DNA of 64,000 bases from NCBI GenBank assembly GCA_034658815.1, contig JAYEFY010000030.1, positions 3,337-67,336 on the forward strand, given 5' to 3'. Positions within the stretch are counted from its first letter, which is position 1; the number at the start of each line of letters is the position of its first letter. Positions 1 to 10,497 of the stretch are shown here, one piece after another. Source of the stretch: Patescibacteria group bacterium (GTDB lineage Bacteria > Patescibacteriota > Minisyncoccia > Moranbacterales > DUUL01). The notes beneath the pieces were generated by a model. The model saw only the letters and a list, made by a program, of their open reading frames with translations, made no database searches and was not told where the DNA came from. The position numbers were made by a program, and so were the translations under genes.

Positions 1-819
1 AGTATTAGTTGGTATGACGCGAAAAAGAATATATTTAACAAGGCTTGGGCATTTCGAAATAAAGAATGGATTAAAATTGATGCTCCGATTCAGCCGGATA
101 TGATATTTGATAAAACCGCGGGAAAGTACGACTACGAATTGTATGATGCAAAACAAAGGGCTTCCAGAAATGTGTTGTTTTTTAATCATCCAACGTTCAA
201 AACTTTATTAAGCAGCAAGCTTTCCCAGTACCTTATCTTTGAAGAATTTATGGCAAAGTCTTTTATTGCGGAAAGTGCTGCTGAGCTTGTAAATGTTTGT
301 AAAGAAATTTCAAGTGAAACAGTTGTCGTTAAGCCACTGCATGGTTCAGGAGGGGAAGGTATTGTTATTGGCAAAAAAAGAGAAATTGATCTGAATAGTT
401 TAAAATACCCGGTACTCATTCAGGAATTCATAAAAAACATAAATGGGGTGCCCGGATTTTCCAAAAAAAACACAATAGCCGATCTTCGCTTAGTATACAT
501 TGATTCAAAGCGTATTTATGCCGTATCAAGAACAGCGAAAGCCGGATCTTTTTTCACGAATTTTCATCAAGGAGCAACCGGGAAATCGGTTCCCGAGCAT
601 TTTATACCTGAAAGCGCTGATAAGATGGCTCAAAAAATAGTGCGAAAGCTTTCAATATTTTCAGATACCTACTATTCATTGGATTTTATTTTCAATGAGA
701 ATGATAAGCCGATTTTAGTTGAAATTAATACAACCCCGGGACTTGATTTGCTCTACGCAATCGGTGATAAGAAAGCATGGGAACGAAATTTTGATGCTTT
801 TTTGACTATTCTTAAATAG
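1..819 (+). CDS. RimK-like ATP-grasp ligase (5' end outside window)
   Basis: Frame is open from base 1 to the stop at 819. Motifs VVKPxxGSGGxG, LIQEFI, DLR, NFHQG, SLDF, VEINTTPG. Confidence 0.8.
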   Translation, partial: SISWYDAKKNIFNKAWAFRNKEWIKIDAPIQPDMIFDKTAGKYDYELYDAKQRASRNVLFFNHPTFKTLLSSKLSQYLIFEEFMAKSFIAESAAELVNVCKEISSETVVVKPLHGSGGEGIVIGKKREIDLNSLKYPVLIQEFIKNINGVPGFSKKNTIADLRLVYIDSKRIYAVSRTAKAGSFFTNFHQGATGKSVPEHFIPESADKMAQKIVRKLSIFSDTYYSLDFIFNENDKPILVEINTTPGLDLLYAIGDKKAWERNFDAFLTILK

Positions 820-847
820 TCATAAAGTTAAAAGCTAATTTGCGTTT

Positions 848-2302
848 ATGAAAACTTCGGTTGAAAAAATTTCCTCGATTACTGACGTAAAAAAAATATT
901 AGCTGAGCACAATGTCAAAATATATGGAATTGGCGGACTTCCGACTACCAGAAGTGAAATTTGGCCGCTTATAGATGATTTCGAATTGATATGCGCGAAC
1001 AAAACAGGGGAATTCGAATCGGTTGCGCGAAAAGTAAAAATAAAATATTTTCAATTTTCGAAAACAAAGTTTGTAAAAAAACCGGATAAGATCTTATCGG
1101 ATAAGAAGGTCATTCGATACATAAAGGAAGGATCAAAAGGCAAAAAAGTCGGGATCTATGTCTTAAGGCCAACAGAAAAAATACACGAAATATGCAATAA
1201 AAACGGCTGGACATTGATCGCAAATTCTGAAAAATTATATAACAAACTGGAAGACAGATTGGAATTTTTTAAGATCTTAAAGAAAATCGGTCTTGACAAA
1301 GAATTTTGTGTTTTAAAATTATCAAAATTTGAGAAAAAAATTGACTCGTTGCTTAAAAAATTTGGAAATAAAATCGTAGTCCAGTTTTTGAGTGGAGGAG
1401 GAGGTATCGGTACTTTTTTTATAACCGGTAATGAGGATAAAAGAACCGTTATTGATGAAATTAGAAAACGCATAGAAATCGCGAAAAATACAGACAAGAA
1501 TCCGAAATTGATCGTAAGTAAATTTATTGAGGGCTCATCAGTCAGTGTCAGTGGATGCGTAACAAAAGACAATGGAATCTTAACTACCCATGCTCAATAT
1601 CAGCTTATTGATATCAACGAGTCCGTAAAGGGAAAAGATGACGCGCAGGGTGTTTTTTGCGGCAATGATTGGGAATATTCAAATAGAATTTCTTACTCGG
1701 TGCACAATGAGGCGGAAAAGATAACGAAAAAAGTCGGGAAGGAAATAAAAAAAAGAGGGTATCTCGGAATATTCGGTATTGATTTTATGTTGGACAAGGA
1801 AAGGAAGAAGCTGGTACCCATTGAGTTGAATCCGCGATTACTGGGAACGCTTCCGGTAATTGTTTATGTACAGCTTGATAAAAAAGAGGTGCCAATTGTT
1901 GCTTTTCATCTGCTGGAATTTCTTAAAATTCCGTACTCAATAAAAAATAAAAGTGTTTATAAAAAAGATCGCAAGCGCGCGGGAACACATCTGATAATTT
2001 TCAATCCGCTAAAGCGCAAGATCAGGTTCAAAAAAGATATTCCAGGCGGTGTTTATAAAATAAGCAACGGCAGTCTGATATTTGTTCGTAAAGGAGTGGA
2101 AATGGAAGATCTAAGGAGAGACAACGAATTTATTTTGACTGATGGTGTGCCGGTGAAAGGTTTTTCGTACAGTAAGAACAGGAAAATTTTAAGGATAATC
2201 ACGAAAAGATCAATTGCGACAAATGGCGGCGGAGCGCTGAATAAGCGGGGAAGGAACATTGCCGAAAAAACAATTGAGTATATAAAGAATAATGCCATCT
2301 AA
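848..2302 (+). CDS. ATP-grasp domain protein with C-terminal extension (putative amino-acid/peptide ligase)
   Basis: GGGIGTF loop, VSKFIEG, FCGNDW, GYLGIFGIDF, PIELNPR. Confidence 0.75.
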   Translation: MKTSVEKISSITDVKKILAEHNVKIYGIGGLPTTRSEIWPLIDDFELICANKTGEFESVARKVKIKYFQFSKTKFVKKPDKILSDKKVIRYIKEGSKGKKVGIYVLRPTEKIHEICNKNGWTLIANSEKLYNKLEDRLEFFKILKKIGLDKEFCVLKLSKFEKKIDSLLKKFGNKIVVQFLSGGGGIGTFFITGNEDKRTVIDEIRKRIEIAKNTDKNPKLIVSKFIEGSSVSVSGCVTKDNGILTTHAQYQLIDINESVKGKDDAQGVFCGNDWEYSNRISYSVHNEAEKITKKVGKEIKKRGYLGIFGIDFMLDKERKKLVPIELNPRLLGTLPVIVYVQLDKKEVPIVAFHLLEFLKIPYSIKNKSVYKKDRKRAGTHLIIFNPLKRKIRFKKDIPGGVYKISNGSLIFVRKGVEMEDLRRDNEFILTDGVPVKGFSYSKNRKILRIITKRSIATNGGGALNKRGRNIAEKTIEYIKNNAI

Positions 2303-3317
2303 GCACATGAAAAAAATTGATCCCAAACTGAACAAATATATCAAAGCACTGGGCAGAATGTCAGAAAAAGAATTAATAATTCGCATGATCAAGCTGGGCG
2401 CTGACATAGAACTTGTTTCAAAAAAGAACCAGCTTTTAAAAATAAAACACAAGGGCAAGAAGAAATACATGATCCTTAATAGATTTTATTTTAACACTAT
2501 TTCAAGCATTATACTCACTAAAAACAAAGAACTCACTAAGATAATATTGGAAGATAATAATTTTAGTATCCCAAGAGGAATAACCGCAAGTGATTTTACA
2601 AACGCAAAAAGAAAGATCAAAGACAACGGTATTGAGTTCCCATTGGTCATAAAGCCGCTTGACGGGATTAAATCGAAAGGTGTGTTCATGAACATTGAAA
2701 ATTTTGCCCGGCTTCAAAGATCGATCGTGGAACTCAGAAACAAGTTCATCGGAAAACAGGACAGCTTTATCGTGGAAGAGGTCGTGCCAGGGAATAATTT
2801 TAGAATTTCAGTGCTGAATGGAAAAATGATCGCGTGCGCGCAAAGAATTCCTGCTCATATTGTCGGAGATGGAAAAATGACAATTAGAGCTCTTATAGAA
2901 AAACACAATAAGCGCGCGGTTAAAACTGTCGGTATTTTTAAAATTCGCATAGATAAGGAAGTCCGTGAAAAATCAAAGCTTGAAAAATTAAGCATGGACT
3001 CTGTGCCGGAAAAAAACAGATTAGTTATATTTAGAGATATTGCCAGTATGGCAACTGGCGGCACGGCGATTGATAAAACAGGTAAAGTCAGCCCGTTTTT
3101 TAAAGAAATTGTTGAAAGCGCCGCAAATATTTTTGGTTTGAATCGAGCCGGTATTGATCTGATAACGGAAGACATTTCTTCAAATGACCCGAAGGCAAAA
3201 TACGCTATCATTGAACTGAACAGTGATCCGGGGATAATGTTTCATGGAAAGCCGGTAATAATCGGAAGAGGCGTGGATGTCGTGAAGAAAACTTTTTTAG
3301 CGTATATGAATTGTTAA
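2292..3317 (+). CDS. Cyanophycin synthetase/GshAB-type stand-alone ATP-grasp ligase
   Basis: FPLVIKP, VEEVVPG, RIPAHIVGDG, TGGTAID, GIDLI, IIELNSDPG. No Mur-ligase domain. Start may be 2307. Confidence 0.75.
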   Translation: MPSKHMKKIDPKLNKYIKALGRMSEKELIIRMIKLGADIELVSKKNQLLKIKHKGKKKYMILNRFYFNTISSIILTKNKELTKIILEDNNFSIPRGITASDFTNAKRKIKDNGIEFPLVIKPLDGIKSKGVFMNIENFARLQRSIVELRNKFIGKQDSFIVEEVVPGNNFRISVLNGKMIACAQRIPAHIVGDGKMTIRALIEKHNKRAVKTVGIFKIRIDKEVREKSKLEKLSMDSVPEKNRLVIFRDIASMATGGTAIDKTGKVSPFFKEIVESAANIFGLNRAGIDLITEDISSNDPKAKYAIIELNSDPGIMFHGKPVIIGRGVDVVKKTFLAYMNC

Positions 3318-3496
3318 GAATTGATTAAATATTCAACAAAGATCGATAGAAAGAAGAAATAAATTGTCGGATCTTCCGTAAAATAAAGCAAGGATGAATA
3401 ACCAAAAGAAAAATGATTGACATTAAGATAAAAATAGCCATACTGTTGATTGTCATTTATTTTCTTGGCAAGCTGATTATAATTAATGAACTTGGC

Positions 3497-6094
3497 ATGA
3501 AAAAGAAAAAAACGAGTAGATCAACGCTGAAGAAAAGCACATTATTGAAATCCAAAAGACCGAAAAAGTTGAAAAAATATAAAAAGTTGAAACTTTTTTT
3601 GATCATTGTTGGAATATCCATGGTCATAGGTATCTTCGGAGTTGTTGGATTATTCATATATTACGCAAAAGATCTTCCTGATCCTGAGAAAGTAAACAGG
3701 CGGGTAATTGCCGAATCGACTAAAATATTTGATAGAACCGGCGAGCATCTTCTTTATGAGATCCATGGCGAGGAAAAAAGAACTATTATTCCGATAGAAG
3801 AAATTCCAGGCACAGTCAGATACGCGACAATTGTTCTTGAAGATCAGATGTTCTATTCACACCACGGGATTGATTTTCGCGGAATTTTACGTGCCGTTAT
3901 GAAAGATGTGCTAAAACGCGAGGCCAGCCAGGGAGGCTCGACTATTACCCAGCAATTCATAAAAAACTCAATTCTCACATCCGAAAAAAAGCTTTCAAGA
4001 AAGATCAAAGAAGTAATACTGGCAATCGAAATTGAGCAGAAATTTGGAAAGGATGACATTTTAAGGATGTACTTGAATGAAATTCCTTACGGTTCAAATG
4101 CCTATGGAATCGAAGCGGCCGCGCAGACATTTTTTGGAGTTCACGCAAAAGAATTAACACTGGTGCAATCAGCGCTTCTGGCATCTCTCCCAAAGGCTCC
4201 AACCTACTATTCTCCCCATGGCTCGCACATAGACAGGCTTCTGTCAAGATGGCGGCACACGCTTGATCAAATGGCTAACCTTGGATATATAACGAAGGAA
4301 CAGGCCGAGGATGCCAAAAACGAAGATATTTTAGCGCAGGTGAAAACATTTAAGGCTGATATAAAAGCGCCTCATTTTGTTCTTTACGTGAAAGAAAAAT
4401 TAGTTGAAGAGTTCGGAGAGGATAAAATTGAAAAGCAGGGACTGAAAGTCATCACCACGCTCGACTGGGATATGCAGCAGCTTGGCGAAAAAGTTATACG
4501 GGAAGGTGTTGAAGAAAACGGAGGCAGGTATGGATTTTCAAACTCTGCTCTAGTGGCTATAAATCCAAAGAACGGACAAGTCCTGGCCATGGTCGGTTCA
4601 AAAGATTATTTTAATGAATCAATTGACGGCAATGTCAATGTTGCCATTCGTCTTCGCCAACCGGGATCATCGTTTAAGCCATATGTTTATGCCCAAGCGT
4701 TTCGCGAGGGCTATCGGCCCGAAACCGTGCTTTTTGATGTTGAAACGGAATTTTCAACGAGTAGCGAGAACAAATACAAGCCTCAAAATTATGATGGATC
4801 ATTTCACGGGCCGGTCAAAATGAAAAACGCGCTGGCAAGGTCGTTGAATATTCCGGCAGTAAAAACACTATATCTTGCCGGTGTAAAAGATTCGATAAAA
4901 CTTGCCAAAGCAATGGGCATTACCTCATTGGATCATCCAAGCAGATATGGATTGGCGCTTGTTCTTGGCGGCGGTGAAGTAAAACTTATTGACCATGTGG
5001 CCGCGTTTTCCGTATTTGCGAATGAAGGGATAAAACATGACCAAAGAGTCATTTTAAAGATTGAGGATAATAATGGCAATATTCTGAATGACTATTCAAA
5101 GTCTGAAGGAAAGCGCGTTCTGGAACAAGAAGTCGCGCTTCAAATTTGTAGTATTTTATCAGATAACAAACTTCGTTCTCCGGCATTTGGCGCGAATAAC
5201 GTGCTGGTTATTCCGGGCAAGACAGTAATGGGCAAGACCGGAACGACAAATGAGTATCGTGACGGATGGCTTGTTGGTTCGTCGCCGTCACTGGCCGCGG
5301 GCGTATGGTCGGGAAATAATGACAATACCGCGATGAAAGCCGGAGCTGCCGGTGTAAATGTCTCCGGACCGACATGGCATAAATTTATGGAGGAAGCGCT
5401 GAAAAACTATCAAGATGAAAAATTTGCCAAGCCGAAGAAACTTGAAAAAACGGACAAACCGGTTCTTGATGGAACGATGAAAATTGTGGATAAGGTGAAG
5501 GTTTGCAAATATAATGATGGAAAATATTGTCTTGCTAATAGCAAATGTCCTGAAAAGAAGGTGAAAAAGAAGAAATATTTTGTCGCGCACAATATTTTGC
5601 ATTATATCGACAAGAATGATCCGCTTGGCGACCAGCCAAAACGTCCAAAAGATGACCCGCAATACAAAAAATGGGAAAGGGCGGTTGAAAGGTGGGGAGA
5701 AAAAAAAGCTGATGGAAAAGGCCGTGATCCCGTGCCTCAAGAAGAATGCAAGGCAAAATATTTCTCTTCTGATTTTTCAAACGTGAAAATTGCTTTTCCA
5801 ACGGATGGAGAGATCATCAATAACCAAATAATAAATATTGAGGCCAGCATTTTTGGTGACGCGAAAATTAAGCAAGTTGACTTTTTTTTCGACGGGGACA
5901 ATATTGGATCGAGAACAAAAACACCATATGAGATAAGCTACACGATCCCTGAATCAAAGAATTATGGAACTTCAATAATAAGGGTAAAAATATACAATGA
6001 AGAAGGCGGCAGTGACGAAGATGAAGTTGAAATTGCCATTGAAATCCCGGACAGCGAATTCAGCGCGGTTTACTCGGCTAATAAGTGGGTGTGA
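3497..6094 (+). CDS. Class A penicillin-binding protein (PBP1A family) with C-terminal Ig-like domain
   Basis: Transglycosylase motifs EDQMFYSHHG, GGSTITQQ, RKIKE; transpeptidase motifs SSFK, SLN, KTG. ATG 3497 preferred over 3413 because TTGACA/TATAAT-like elements lie in between. Confidence 0.92.
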   Translation: MKKKKTSRSTLKKSTLLKSKRPKKLKKYKKLKLFLIIVGISMVIGIFGVVGLFIYYAKDLPDPEKVNRRVIAESTKIFDRTGEHLLYEIHGEEKRTIIPIEEIPGTVRYATIVLEDQMFYSHHGIDFRGILRAVMKDVLKREASQGGSTITQQFIKNSILTSEKKLSRKIKEVILAIEIEQKFGKDDILRMYLNEIPYGSNAYGIEAAAQTFFGVHAKELTLVQSALLASLPKAPTYYSPHGSHIDRLLSRWRHTLDQMANLGYITKEQAEDAKNEDILAQVKTFKADIKAPHFVLYVKEKLVEEFGEDKIEKQGLKVITTLDWDMQQLGEKVIREGVEENGGRYGFSNSALVAINPKNGQVLAMVGSKDYFNESIDGNVNVAIRLRQPGSSFKPYVYAQAFREGYRPETVLFDVETEFSTSSENKYKPQNYDGSFHGPVKMKNALARSLNIPAVKTLYLAGVKDSIKLAKAMGITSLDHPSRYGLALVLGGGEVKLIDHVAAFSVFANEGIKHDQRVILKIEDNNGNILNDYSKSEGKRVLEQEVALQICSILSDNKLRSPAFGANNVLVIPGKTVMGKTGTTNEYRDGWLVGSSPSLAAGVWSGNNDNTAMKAGAAGVNVSGPTWHKFMEEALKNYQDEKFAKPKKLEKTDKPVLDGTMKIVDKVKVCKYNDGKYCLANSKCPEKKVKKKKYFVAHNILHYIDKNDPLGDQPKRPKDDPQYKKWERAVERWGEKKADGKGRDPVPQEECKAKYFSSDFSNVKIAFPTDGEIINNQIINIEASIFGDAKIKQVDFFFDGDNIGSRTKTPYEISYTIPESKNYGTSIIRVKIYNEEGGSDEDEVEIAIEIPDSEFSAVYSANKWV

Positions 6095-6127
6095 TCTAAA
6101 AATTTTAAGCACCGCGCTTTTTCTTTT

Positions 6128-6284
6128 TTGTTCATCCCTTCCTTGAAAAAGATGGGATGAAATGAAAGAACCAATTGGCTTTCCCCTCCTTGGATAAGGA
6201 AGGGGTGCTCCCGCTTAGCCAGAGCGGGGTGGTTGGAGAGCGTTCCGCGCCTGGAGCGAACCTTCGATCCCGAGCGTTCGGGAT
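6128..6284. repeat. Cluster of short palindromes (REP-like)
   Basis: TTCATCCC...GGGATGAA, CCCCTCCTTGGATAAGGAAGGGG and ATCCCGAGCGTTCGGGAT (6267-6284). Confidence 0.6.
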
Positions 6285-6366
6285 TTATTAGTTTTCCGCA
6301 AAGCAACCTTTGTTCTACAAAAAATTATTTGACGGGACAAATCTTGCAAACTTTCCAATTCCGCAT

Positions 6367-6394
6367 ATGACATTTTATGTTTAAGTGGTATAAT
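6367..6394 (+). promoter_or_regulatory. Putative sigma70 promoter with extended -10
   Basis: ATGACA-16 nt-TATAAT with TGn before the -10, upstream of the acyltransferase gene. Confidence 0.5.
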
Positions 6395-6453
6395 AAGGCG
6401 GTTGCGCGATAATATTAAAAAGGGAGTAAAAGGATTATTATAATGAGAATACT

Positions 6454-7143
6454 ATGCCCTACAAAATAAAAAATTATCTGTCAAAATTCATTCTTCATGT
6501 GAATCAGCGAGTTTTTTATTACACGTTTCTTTATTGGTTAAGACATTTGTTTCGAACTGACGTTCTGCATATTAATGAGCTCACAAAGAGACTTGATCGT
6601 CCGATTGTGGTCGTTTCAAACCATATTTCGAGATGGGATCCGTTTCTAATTCTCTCATCAATGCGCAGGAGCTTTTATTTTAGAAATTTAGTGTGGCGAA
6701 TTCCGGCTTACCACGGATTTTTCGGAAGACTGAAGTATATTCATTTTCAAATGCTTTTTTTATTTTTAGGTGTTTATCCGATAGGAGGAAAAGGAAGTAT
6801 AGAAAAAAAGCTTGAAAACACAATCAATTTACTTAAAAACGGCCATAGCACGGTTTTTTTCCCTGAAGGAAAAAGGGCGGTTGCCGGAGAAAAGACGAAA
6901 CCCAAAAATGGGATCGGGTATGTGATCAGTCATCAAGATGTATATATCTTGCCGGTTAACGTCCAATACTCAAAAAGAAAACAATGCGGGCTGGGGATAA
7001 AGATCAACAGCAAAGCCCGAGTGGTATTCGGCAAAATTTACAAATCTGAATATTTTCGAGAAAAATATGATGAAAATGCAATATACCATGGTGTTATGGG
7101 ATCGGTTTTTGAATTGGAGAATACACTTAGGCCGACTTCATGA
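6454..7143 (+). CDS. Lysophospholipid acyltransferase family protein (PlsC-like)
   Basis: NHxxxxD (NHISRWD), FFPEGKR and ILPV blocks. Confidence 0.85.
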   Translation: MPYKIKNYLSKFILHVNQRVFYYTFLYWLRHLFRTDVLHINELTKRLDRPIVVVSNHISRWDPFLILSSMRRSFYFRNLVWRIPAYHGFFGRLKYIHFQMLFLFLGVYPIGGKGSIEKKLENTINLLKNGHSTVFFPEGKRAVAGEKTKPKNGIGYVISHQDVYILPVNVQYSKRKQCGLGIKINSKARVVFGKIYKSEYFREKYDENAIYHGVMGSVFELENTLRPTS

Positions 7144-7241
7144 AAGTAGAATAGAATATTACACGATTAGATTGTTTGAGATTAAATAATTGGTTGGAGT
7201 AAAATTTAGCAGCAGGCACATAAACTATGTAAGACATAAAT

Positions 7242-8165
7242 ATGCAAAAAGAATATTTTGTAAAAGAAAAAAAGTGTCCCATTTTATTCCTCTTTTTTCT
7301 TCACTTGGTTTCTTTTTGGGCATTGGTAAAATATATTGTTTTACATTTTTTATTTAAGCTAGATACGAAGAAAATAAGAGGAAAGTTTTATGGAAGTTTG
7401 TGGGTAGATCGTTTCAGTTCGTTTAATAGGGGGATAAGATTAAATGCGACAAATTGGAAAGCTCTTGATTCTTTATATAATTACCAAGAAAAAATGAAAG
7501 GATGCGGACTTGTAGAAAGATTCTTTAGTGGCTTTTGGACTAATATGGAAAATTTTCATGCTATAAATAATAGAGCGGAAAAGGTAACAATGATAATAAA
7601 GAAAGAGCTTCAAAAAAATTTTAATAGACAAGAAGTCGGAGAGATCAATGTACTTTCGATAGCTTCAGGCTCCGCGCAGCCATTATTAGAAGCTATAAGA
7701 TCTTTTAGTAGCAAACAACAACAAAGAATAAATTTGACACTTTTAGATTTAGACAAGTCAGCTCTTGATAATAGCAAGGCTTTGTTTGCGGAGTTTAAAA
7801 TAAAAAGCAATCTAAAAACAATAAAAGACTCTGCTCATAACCTAGAAAAATTATTTAATAAAAGAAATTTTGATATAATTGAAATGGTGGGTTTTCTGGA
7901 TTATAGACCAAAATTACGAGCAATTTGCTTAATAAAAAAAATCAAAAAATTAATGAAAAAGCAAGGGATTTTTTTAACGTGCAATATTTATCCTAATAAG
8001 GAAAAATATTTTTTAGACTGGGTGCTACTTTGGCCAATGATTTATAGAAAAAAAGAATTTAAGGAAATATTATTAAAAAGCGGGTTCAAAGATAAGAATA
8101 TTAAAATAATATTTACTCAGTTTACAATACACCAATTGGCTATTTGCTATAACAGAAATAAATAA
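7242..8165 (+). CDS. Class I SAM-dependent methyltransferase with N-terminal hydrophobic segment
   Basis: Motif I VLSIASGSA, acidic LLDLD, FDIIEMVGFLDY. Confidence 0.75.
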   Translation: MQKEYFVKEKKCPILFLFFLHLVSFWALVKYIVLHFLFKLDTKKIRGKFYGSLWVDRFSSFNRGIRLNATNWKALDSLYNYQEKMKGCGLVERFFSGFWTNMENFHAINNRAEKVTMIIKKELQKNFNRQEVGEINVLSIASGSAQPLLEAIRSFSSKQQQRINLTLLDLDKSALDNSKALFAEFKIKSNLKTIKDSAHNLEKLFNKRNFDIIEMVGFLDYRPKLRAICLIKKIKKLMKKQGIFLTCNIYPNKEKYFLDWVLLWPMIYRKKEFKEILLKSGFKDKNIKIIFTQFTIHQLAICYNRNK

Positions 8166-8172
8166 GCTTCGT

Positions 8173-10383
8173 ATGCAGTATATTTTTGCAATTTCAGGGC
8201 TAATAAATGCTATAGCTGCAATATTTTTCAGTTCCCTTATTGTTATTAAAAATAAAAAGGGTGCTGTCAACAAATTATGTCTTTCACTCACTGTAGCAAC
8301 GGCTTTTTGGTCGTTTTTTTACTGGCGATGGCTCTTGGTTTACAATGATGAGCAGAACGCCTTATTTTTTGTTAGACTTTTATCAATTGGTTCCACATTC
8401 TTACCAATAATATTTTTTCATTGGATCCTGACCCTGCTTGAAATAAAAAGAAAGAAAGTATTGATTTTCTATTACTTCCTTACTTTTTTTTACAGCCTAT
8501 TTTTTTTCTCAGATTTATTTATAAAAGGAGTTGAGCCAAAACTAGCTTTTTCTTTTTGGCCAGTTCCAGGTCCAATTTATGATTGTTACTTGATTACTCA
8601 TTACGGAGTTTTACTCTTTTACGCTTTTATTCTTTTGATAAAAGGCTATAAAAAATTCAGTGGGATCAAAAAATTGCAAATAAGATACGTACTGCTTGGT
8701 TCTGTGCTTGGGTTTGGGGGCGGAGCAACAAATTTTTTTCTATGGTATGATATTTCAATACCTCCATTTGGAAACTTTTTTGTTGTCTGCTACATTTTTT
8801 CATTTACCTACGCAATCATTCAACATAGGTTTATGAGTATTCGATTATTGATGAGTAAGGTTTACGTGACACTCATTATTTCCATATGCGCCTATATTTT
8901 ATTTCAAGCGTTTATATATCTCTACTTTCTTTTCATTTCCTTGCATTTGGGACAGATTCAGGTAATCACAATTGAATTTTTTATTGCGTTTATCGTAGCT
9001 GTTTTACTCATTCCATTCTTGAACTATATTCAAAAGTCAAGCGACTATCTTTTTTTTCGAAAAGGCAATCCGTCAACAATGATAAAAAACGTTTCATTGA
9101 AATTGAGTAGTGCCATTGACATGAAACAGCTCTTGTTTCTTTTGAATGCGGAATTCAAGAAAATAATCGGCACCGAGTTTATTTCAATTATTTATACAAC
9201 CCGAAAAACAAGTAGAAGGGCGAGAAAACAAGAACTTATCACGTTCAAAAAAAATGTTCTGAAAACAGTGCCAATAGACAAAGAAAGCAGCCTAATAAAT
9301 TATTTGCTTAAAGGAAGGAAAGTATTTGTTATTGATGAAATTAATGATAGTAATAGTAAGAGTGATATGGAACTTCTCTGGGAACTTAAAAGATATAACG
9401 CGCACATTATTGCTCCGATCGAATCACGCGGAAAGATTATGGGAGCAATTATTTTTGGGCCTAAAATGACTCGGAATGCCTACACGAAAGAAGATATTGA
9501 ATTCATTGAAATAGTGAGTTTTCAAGCGGGAACCACCATTGAAAGCGCGTATTTATATCAGGAAATTAAAAATTTTAATATTCATTTAAAGCGGGAAATT
9601 AAGAAAGCGACAACAGACCTGAAAGCCGCTAATAAGAAACTTATTATTGCATACGAAAAGTTGCACAAGCTTGATCGTGCGAAGTCAGAATTTCTTTCCA
9701 TTGCATCGCATCAATTACGTACGCCGCTTACTTCAATAAAAGGATTTACTTCACTTTTACTTGAAGGCTCATATGGAAAAATCTCAAAAGAAGTAAAGGA
9801 AGTCCTTGAAAAGATATTTTTATCAAATGAACGGCTTGTTCAATTAGTGGAAGATCTGCTTAACATCTCTCGCATTGAATCAGGCAGATTTGTCCTTGAA
9901 CTGAAAAAAAATAATATTTCCAATCTTCTTAAAGGTATTGTCGATTCTTTCGTAATATCGGCTAAATCGAAAAATATTTCGCTTAAATTAATACTTCCAA
10001 AGAAAAAAATCAGAGACTTTTATTTTGACAGCGGCAAGATTCAAGAGGTCATCTCGAATTTTATTGATAACGCGTTAAAATACTCCCAAAGCGGAACCAT
10101 AGCCATTGAGGCGAAAAATATGAAAGATGTAGTTAGAATAGCTGTAACTGACAATGGGCGCGGAATTCTAAATGACGAACTCAGGTACATTTTTGAGAAA
10201 TTCCAGCGCGGTAAAGACGTAAATCAAATTCACACTGAAGGAATTGGACTGGGACTGTATGTCTGCAAAGTAGTCATTAAAGCGCATAAGGGTAAAATTT
10301 GGGCTGAATCAAGGGGCGCCGGGAAAGGCAGTACATTTTTATTCGAACTGAAAAAAGGACTAAAACCAAAAGATATAAAATAA
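8173..10383 (+). CDS. Sensor histidine kinase (multi-TM HisKA_7TM-like, GAF, HisKA, HATPase)
   Basis: Many TM helices; H-box SHQLRTPLTSI, N-box NFIDNALKY, G1 DNGRGI, G2 GIGLGL. Confidence 0.92.
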   Translation: MQYIFAISGLINAIAAIFFSSLIVIKNKKGAVNKLCLSLTVATAFWSFFYWRWLLVYNDEQNALFFVRLLSIGSTFLPIIFFHWILTLLEIKRKKVLIFYYFLTFFYSLFFFSDLFIKGVEPKLAFSFWPVPGPIYDCYLITHYGVLLFYAFILLIKGYKKFSGIKKLQIRYVLLGSVLGFGGGATNFFLWYDISIPPFGNFFVVCYIFSFTYAIIQHRFMSIRLLMSKVYVTLIISICAYILFQAFIYLYFLFISLHLGQIQVITIEFFIAFIVAVLLIPFLNYIQKSSDYLFFRKGNPSTMIKNVSLKLSSAIDMKQLLFLLNAEFKKIIGTEFISIIYTTRKTSRRARKQELITFKKNVLKTVPIDKESSLINYLLKGRKVFVIDEINDSNSKSDMELLWELKRYNAHIIAPIESRGKIMGAIIFGPKMTRNAYTKEDIEFIEIVSFQAGTTIESAYLYQEIKNFNIHLKREIKKATTDLKAANKKLIIAYEKLHKLDRAKSEFLSIASHQLRTPLTSIKGFTSLLLEGSYGKISKEVKEVLEKIFLSNERLVQLVEDLLNISRIESGRFVLELKKNNISNLLKGIVDSFVISAKSKNISLKLILPKKKIRDFYFDSGKIQEVISNFIDNALKYSQSGTIAIEAKNMKDVVRIAVTDNGRGILNDELRYIFEKFQRGKDVNQIHTEGIGLGLYVCKVVIKAHKGKIWAESRGAGKGSTFLFELKKGLKPKDIK

Positions 10384-10467
10384 GTACCGACGGTTTATTT
10401 ATTGACTGCCAATTATTTTTATCAGAGTGTCGATTGACTGGAAGTTGGCGGCTTGGCTGACTATAAT

Positions 10468-10491
10468 AAAACCAGGCATAGGCCTGGTTTT
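10468..10491. terminator. Bidirectional intrinsic terminator
   Basis: AAAACCAGGC-ATAG-GCCTGGTTTT perfect hairpin between the convergent kinase and tRNA genes. Confidence 0.75.
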
Positions 10492-10497
10492 ACGGCG

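Noticed and set aside
2292-3317. Full cyanophycin synthetase (cphA)
   Set aside because: Only 341 aa, lacks the Mur-ligase half, and no cyanophycinase is in the window.
6070-6306. 78-aa minus-strand ORF
   Set aside because: It is a translation of intergenic palindromic repeats.
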